From Nibricoccus sp. (GTDB lineage Bacteria; Verrucomicrobiota; Verrucomicrobiia; Opitutales; Opitutaceae), in NCBI GenBank assembly GCA_047602425.1, contig JASGHG010000001.1, positions 576,001-640,000 on the forward strand: 64,000 nt of DNA. Reading direction: 5' to 3'. The notes beneath the pieces are model-generated. The model saw nothing but the letters and a program-made list of their open reading frames with translations, did no database searches and was not told where the DNA came from. Made by a program: the position numbers and the translations under genes. This document shows, one piece after another, positions 58,392-64,000 of the stretch (positions are counted from its first letter, which is position 1; each line of letters opens with the position of its first letter).

Positions 58392-61300
58392 TTACTTGCC
58401 GTGGCAGTTTTTGTACTTTTTGCCGCTGCCGCAGGGGCAGGGATCGTTGCGGCCGACTTTGGGTGTTTCGCGACGGATCGTGACGGTCGGTAATACAATT
58501 TCCTCCTCAGGCGTTCCCGATGGAGCTTCGGCCGCGCCACCTTGCGTGATGGTCGTCGACACTTGGGTTTGCGGCGGGCGCGAAGCGGCGGCGGGAGGAT
58601 TTTCGGGACCTTGGAGGCGGGCCCCGCGACTGAGGAGCGAGAGCATGTTTTCGAACGACTGTAGGTTGCTCGCGCTGCGGAAGAGGCTCGTGCAGATTTG
58701 CAACCGCACGTTGTTCATCAGTTCCTCAAAGTACGTGTAGGCTTCGTTTTTGTATTCAACGAGTGGATCTTTCTGGCCGTAACTGCGCAGAGCCGACGGA
58801 CTGCCGCAGGCTTTCCATTTCGGTCAGATGTTCCTGCCAGTGATGGTCGATTGCGCTGATGATGTTGTAGCGTTCCAACGCACCAATCGCCTCGGGAACC
58901 TCGACGGATTCTTTGACCGCATAGGATTCCTTGATGCGGCCGACAATGAGTTCTTCGAGTTTTTCGACATCGTTGCCGGTGAGATCCTCTTTCTTGAGCG
59001 TGATCGGGAAATGCGAGTTGACCCAACCGAGCAGACTATCGAGGGCGGCGGGAGTGGGACCGCCTTTCTCGCCGATGCCGGCACTTTCGAGGCGCACAGC
59101 GATCTCTTCGCTGACTTGTTCGAAAATAATATCCTTCGGGCGTTCGGCGTGGATGGCGGCATTGCGAATGCCGTAGACGACTTCGCGTTGCTTGTTCAGC
59201 ACGTCGTCGTACTGGAGCAGGCGTTTGCGAGCGGAGAAGTTTTGCTGTTCGACTTTTTTCTGCGCGCTTTCGATCGAGCGGTTGAGCATCCAGTGCTCAA
59301 GCTCTTCGCCTTCCTTCATCGTGCCTTCCATCATCTTCGAGGCGAGGTTGCCCTGAAGGAAGAGGCGCATGAGTTCGTCTTCGAGCGAGAGGAAAAACTT
59401 CGTGAGACCCGGATCGCCCTGGCGTGAGCAACGGCCGCGAAGCTGGCGGTCGATGCGGCGCGACTGGTGACGTTCGGTGCCGATCACATACAAACCGCCA
59501 AGTTCACGCACGCCTTCGCCGAGTTTGATGTCGGTGCCGCGGCCGGCCATGTTGGTGGCGATGGTGACGGCGCCGCGTTGTCCGGCACGAGCAACGATGT
59601 CGGCTTCCTGTTGGTGATATTTGGCGTTTAGGACGGTGTGAATGATGCCAGCGCGCTTGAGCATGCGCGAAAGCACTTCCGAGGACTCGACGCTCACGGT
59701 GCCCACGAGCACGGGCTGACCGCGCTTGTTGGCCTCCTCGATTTCCTTCATGACCGCGTTGAACTTGTCGCGGCGGGTTTTAAAGATCGAATCGTTCTTG
59801 TCGATGCGGATGCAAGGCTTGTTGGTCGGGATGACCTGCACGGCGAGGCGGTAGATTTCGTTGAACTCGGACGCCTCGGTCTCGGCTGTACCGGTCATGC
59901 CGGCCAGCTTTTCGTACATGCGGAAATAATTCTGAATCGTAATCGTCGCGTAGGTGCGGGTCTCTCGTTCGATGTCGACGCCTTCCTTGGCTTCGACCGC
60001 CTGGTGCAAGCCGTCGGACCAGCGACGGCCCGGCATGACACGTCCGGTGTTTTCGTCGACGATCATGACCTTGCCGTCCTGCACAACGTATTCGACATCC
60101 TTTTCGTAGAGCGAATAGGCGCGGAGGAGCTGGCTGATCGAGTGAATTTCCTCGGAAATTTCGGAGTAGCGCTGCTGCGAGGCCAGTTTGGTGGCTTCGC
60201 GTTGTTCGGGTGTGACGTTGGGATCTTTTTCGAGGAGCGAAAATTCCGTGGCGAGATCGGGCAGCGTGAAGGCGTCGGGATTGTCGGGACGGAGTTTGTT
60301 GCGACCGGGTTCGGTGAGATCGGCCTGATGCTGACGCTCGTCGATCACGTAGAAGAGCTCTTCCTTAAGTTTGTAGAGCTCGTCCTTGTTGAAATCGCCG
60401 TTCATTTCCGTGTCGATTTTGTCGAGGAGTTTGCGCCACTCGGGATTTTCCTGAAGACGCATCAGCTGCTTGTTCTTCGGATTGCCCATCTTGACCTGAA
60501 GCATCTTGAACGCGGCTTCGCGTTTCTGCTCGGGCGTGGCGTCGGCTTTTTCGAGGATCTCCTTGGCTTCGCCAACGAGGCGGTTGCAAAGGCGGGTCTG
60601 TTCAGCGACGAGGCGATCGACGGACGGCTTGAGGCGGGTAAAAGGCTGCTCGCGCTCGATCGGTGCGGGACCGGAGATAATCAGCGGCGTGCGGGCTTCG
60701 TCGACGAGGATGGAGTCGATTTCGTCGACGATGCAGTACCAGTGGTCGCGTTGGACCTGGTCTTCCTTGCGCGTGGCCATGCCGTTGTCGCGAAGGTAGT
60801 CGAAGCCGAATTCGCTCGCCGTGCCATAAGTGATGTCGCGGTTGTACATTTCGCGACGAAGGTCGGAAGCCATCTGCTGTTGGATACAGCCAACGGTTAG
60901 ACCAAGGAAATTGTAGAGGTGCCCCATCCATTCGGAGTCGCGGCGGGCGAGGTAGTCGTTGACCGTGACGAGCTGGGAATTACGACCGTTGAGGGCGTTG
61001 AGGTAAAGCGGGAGCGTGGCGACGAGGGTTTTGCCTTCACCCGTGGCCATTTCCGCAATGCGTCCTTCGTGAAGCGTAATGCCACCGATGAGCTGCACGT
61101 CGAAATGGATCATGTTCCACTCCAGCTCGTGCTCGCAGACGATGACCTTGCGTCCGCAAAGACGGCGGGCGGCATTTTTTACGGTCGCAAAAGCTTCGGG
61201 CAGAATCTGGTCGAGCGTCTCGCCGCCAGTGACGCGGGCGCGAAACTCGTCCGTTTTGGCCCGCAGTTCGTCGTCGCTGAGCGACTGGTAAGACTGCTCC

Positions 61301-61392
61301 AGCTCATTGATGCGCGCGACGATAGGACGGCATTTCTCAAGGAACTTCTTGTAGTGGCGACCCGAAAACCGTTTGAGCAGGAAGGAGATCAT
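58392..61392 (-). CDS. secA: Preprotein translocase SecA, with an apparent +1 frameshift at about 58791
   Basis: [56 protein letters not shown] and the SEC-C motif [13 protein letters not shown] continue in a shifted frame to 58392. Confidence 0.95.
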
Positions 61393-61694
61393 GAAAAAGG
61401 GTTTCATGCTGTAACTGCCGCGCGCCGCATGGCAAACGACAAATTCCACCAACCTCACAGGCAGGCTGTCCGTGGACAATCGTCCAAATCGGCAGGTTGA
61501 TCAACAAAGGTGCTCCTACCGGCAGGCTCCTCTGCGCACCTATTCCCCGTCCTGCCGGACCGCGTGGCAAGTGATCAACTCCGCGTGTGCGCTGGACTTT
61601 GACGCTGTGATTTTACGCAAGCGTCGGTGTTTTCCCGATAATCAGGCACGGGATCTGCATTATATCCGTTCATAACAAACCCTTTTCTATCTCC

Positions 61695-63185
61695 ATGGTC
61701 GCCGCTCCTGTTTCCTCCCCCGCAGCCAAATCCGAGGCCAAACATGGCATCTTCAAGCCCTATGAAACTAAGGCCTACTTCGACGAAATGCTAACCACCG
61801 AGGGTGACGTCCGGCAGCACTACGCACGGTTCATCGAGCATTTTAGTTCACTAAGTCCCGAAGAATTTAACGCCAAACGCCACGCCATCGACCTCGCGTT
61901 CCTCAAACAGGGCATCACCTTCAATGTCTACGGCGACGCCCAAGGCACGGAGCGCGTTTTTCCGTTCGATCTCATGCCACGCATCATTCCCTCTGCGGAA
62001 TGGGAGCATCTGGAAAAAGGCCTTATTCAGCGCATCACCGCGCTGAACATGTTCCTGCACGATATCTATCACGAGCAGCACATCATCAAGGACGGCACGA
62101 TCCCCGCGCACTACGTTCTCTCGGCCCGGCATTTTCGCCGCGAGTTCGTTAACTTCGAGGTGCCGAAAAACGTCTACATTCACATCTGCGGGTCCGACAT
62201 CATTCGTGATGGAAAGGGCCAGTACCTCGTTCTCGAAGACAATGGCCGCTGTCCATCGGGCGTCAGTTACGTGTTGGAAAATCGCCGCGCACTCAAACGC
62301 ACCTTCTCCGACAATTTCGAGTCGATAGGCGTTCGTTCGGTTGAACATTATCCGACCGAGTTGCTCAATCTGCTCCAGCATGTTTCACCTACCGGCGTCT
62401 CCGAGCCCAATGTCGTCTTGCTCACGCCCGGCTCCTACAATTCCGCGTATTTCGAGCATACCTACCTCGCGCGCCAGATGGGCATCGAGATCGTCGAGGG
62501 GCGCGACCTCCTCGTGCGCGACCAGCGCGTCTACATGCGCACAACCAAAGGACTGCGCCAGGTCCACGTCATTTATCGCCGCATCGACGACGATTTTCTC
62601 GACCCCACCGTCTTCCGCAAGGATTCCGCGCTTGGTGTGCCCGGATTGGTTGGCGCCTATCGCGCTGGCAACGTCTCGCTGGCCAATTCCATTGGCACCG
62701 GCGTGGCCGACGACAAGGTCATGTACTATTTCGTGCCGAAGATGATTAAATATTATCTCGGCGAAGATCCGATTCTGCCAAACGTGCCAACCTACCTCGC
62801 GAACGAGGAGTCCGACCGGAAATATATCGTCGAACATATTGAAGAACTTGTCGTCAAAGCTGCCAACGAAGCCGGCGGTTACGGCATGCTCATGGGGCCG
62901 CAGGCTTCAAAAAAAGAATGTGATGACTTCCGCGCCAAAGTTCTCGCCGAACCGCGAAACTACATTGCCCAGCCGGTCGTCAGCCTCTCGCGCCATCCAA
63001 CCTACTGCGAGAACCAATTCGACGGCCGCCACATCGATCTCCGTCCGTTCGTCCTTTTTGGGGAAAAGCCCGTGATTATTCCGGGCGGTCTCACCCGCGT
63101 AGCCCTTCGCGCCGGCTCGCTCGTGGTCAACTCTTCGCAGGGCGGCGGCTCCAAGGATTCCTGGGTGCTGTACGGGGACAAATGA
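61695..63185 (+). CDS. Circularly permuted type 2 ATP-grasp protein
   Basis: [60 protein letters not shown]. Confidence 0.93.
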   Translation: MVAAPVSSPAAKSEAKHGIFKPYETKAYFDEMLTTEGDVRQHYARFIEHFSSLSPEEFNAKRHAIDLAFLKQGITFNVYGDAQGTERVFPFDLMPRIIPSAEWEHLEKGLIQRITALNMFLHDIYHEQHIIKDGTIPAHYVLSARHFRREFVNFEVPKNVYIHICGSDIIRDGKGQYLVLEDNGRCPSGVSYVLENRRALKRTFSDNFESIGVRSVEHYPTELLNLLQHVSPTGVSEPNVVLLTPGSYNSAYFEHTYLARQMGIEIVEGRDLLVRDQRVYMRTTKGLRQVHVIYRRIDDDFLDPTVFRKDSALGVPGLVGAYRAGNVSLANSIGTGVADDKVMYYFVPKMIKYYLGEDPILPNVPTYLANEESDRKYIVEHIEELVVKAANEAGGYGMLMGPQASKKECDDFRAKVLAEPRNYIAQPVVSLSRHPTYCENQFDGRHIDLRPFVLFGEKPVIIPGGLTRVALRAGSLVVNSSQGGGSKDSWVLYGDK

Positions 63186-63190
63186 TGAGC

Positions 63191-63316
63191 AGTAGTTAGT
63201 ATATGGCAGTTGGTGGTTAGCATAAAAAGCCAACATCAGACAACCGACCTACCAGCTATTTCATACTCACGACCAACTACTACCTACTAGATACTAGCTA
63301 CTAAATACTAACTACT
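63191..63316 (+). repeat. Inverted heptamer-array hairpin (empty element)
   Basis: AGTAGTT AGTATAT GGCAGTT GGTGGTT AGCAT ... ACCAACT ACTACCT ACTAGAT ACTAGCT ACTAAAT ACTAACT ACT; outer 12 bp perfectly complementary. Confidence 0.88.
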
Positions 63317-63326
63317 TCCCTCCCCC

Positions 63327-64000
63327 ATGCTCAGCCGTGTTGCCAACTGTCTGTATTGGATGAGTCGATACGTCGAACGCGCCGAAAACACTGCGCGCCT
63401 CGTCGACGTCAATCTTCAGCTCATGCTCGATGCGAGCAAGCTCGACGACAAAGCCATCGCCGGCTTCTGGGATCCCATCCTGCAAAGCACCGGCGACGAT
63501 GAACTCTTCGCCAAACTCTATCCGAAGATCAGCGGACGTAATGTTACTGAGTTCCTCGTCTTTAATCCCGACAATGCCAACTCGATCCTCTGCTCGATCA
63601 CCCAAGCGCGTGAGAATGCCCGCACTGTGCGCGACCAGCTCACCGTAGAGCTTTGGGAGGAATTGAATCGGCTCTACCTTTTTCTGAATTCGCCCAAGGC
63701 CAAAACCATGTGGCGCCAGAGCCCGTTCGAGTTTTTCCAGGAAATCCGAACCAGTTCCCTGCTCCTACAAGGCCTCAACGACGCCACCGTCGTTCGTAAT
63801 GAAGGTTGGTACTTCTCGCAGGCCGGCCGCTACATCGAGCGCGCCGACAAAACTTCGCGCCTGCTCGACGTGCAGCACGCCACGCTCACACCCGGCTACG
63901 TCGCCACCCAATCCGATGCGCTCGGCTGGTCCGCGGTGCTGCGCTCGTGCAGCGCATGGGACGGGTATAAGGCGCTCCATGGCGGCCAGGTCGAGCCCAA
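63327..64000 (+). CDS. Alpha-E domain protein (DUF403), truncated by the window end
   Basis: MLSRVANCLYWMSRYVERAENTARL, ARENAR.VR, GRYIERADKTSRLLDV; usual partner of the upstream ATP-grasp gene. Confidence 0.92.
   Translation, partial: MLSRVANCLYWMSRYVERAENTARLVDVNLQLMLDASKLDDKAIAGFWDPILQSTGDDELFAKLYPKISGRNVTEFLVFNPDNANSILCSITQARENARTVRDQLTVELWEELNRLYLFLNSPKAKTMWRQSPFEFFQEIRTSSLLLQGLNDATVVRNEGWYFSQAGRYIERADKTSRLLDVQHATLTPGYVATQSDALGWSAVLRSCSAWDGYKALHGGQVEP

Noticed and set aside
58785..58795. Programmed frameshifting in secA
   Set aside because: No slippery sequence, stop at the shift site or stimulatory element seen; sequencing error is more parsimonious
61695..64000. ATP-grasp/alpha-E pair as a novel peptide-ligation system
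   Set aside because: A known widespread gene pair; any transglutaminase or peptidase partners would lie beyond the window

Overview
A GC-rich, gene-dense bacterial chromosomal window. Gene content, pyrimidine-rich Shine-Dalgarno-poor leaders and repeat style suggest Verrucomicrobiota/Opitutaceae (inference only). Housekeeping genes are leuA, rlmN, metF, nupC, ydbH-ynbE-ydbL, eno, prfB (programmed +1 frameshift), an OadA/PycB-like carboxyltransferase, lysC-thrC, dgt, ogt, cdd, gmhB, mutM and secA. Accessory blocks are three secreted glycoside hydrolases, a metzincin peptidase with Ig repeats and a GlyGly-CTERM-like tail, a PAS kinase with degenerate HD-GYP and CheX-like regulators, a divergent 8-gene MSHA/T2SS-like operon, a NarL-type module, a membrane pseudokinase and an ATP-grasp/alpha-E pair. 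No rRNA, tRNA, CRISPR array or transposase was seen. The most notable unexplained signal is a family of intergenic elements built from degenerate 7-mer or 9-mer tandem repeats in inverted arms. Their mismatches are mostly G-U compatible on the sense strand. One copy brackets a four-helix-bundle (23S-IVS/Avd-like) gene inside lysC-thrC and the others are empty. Also notable are sigma28-like promoters linking the pilus, signalling and peptidase genes, several REP-like palindrome families, and two frameshifts (mutM, secA) that are probably sequence errors.
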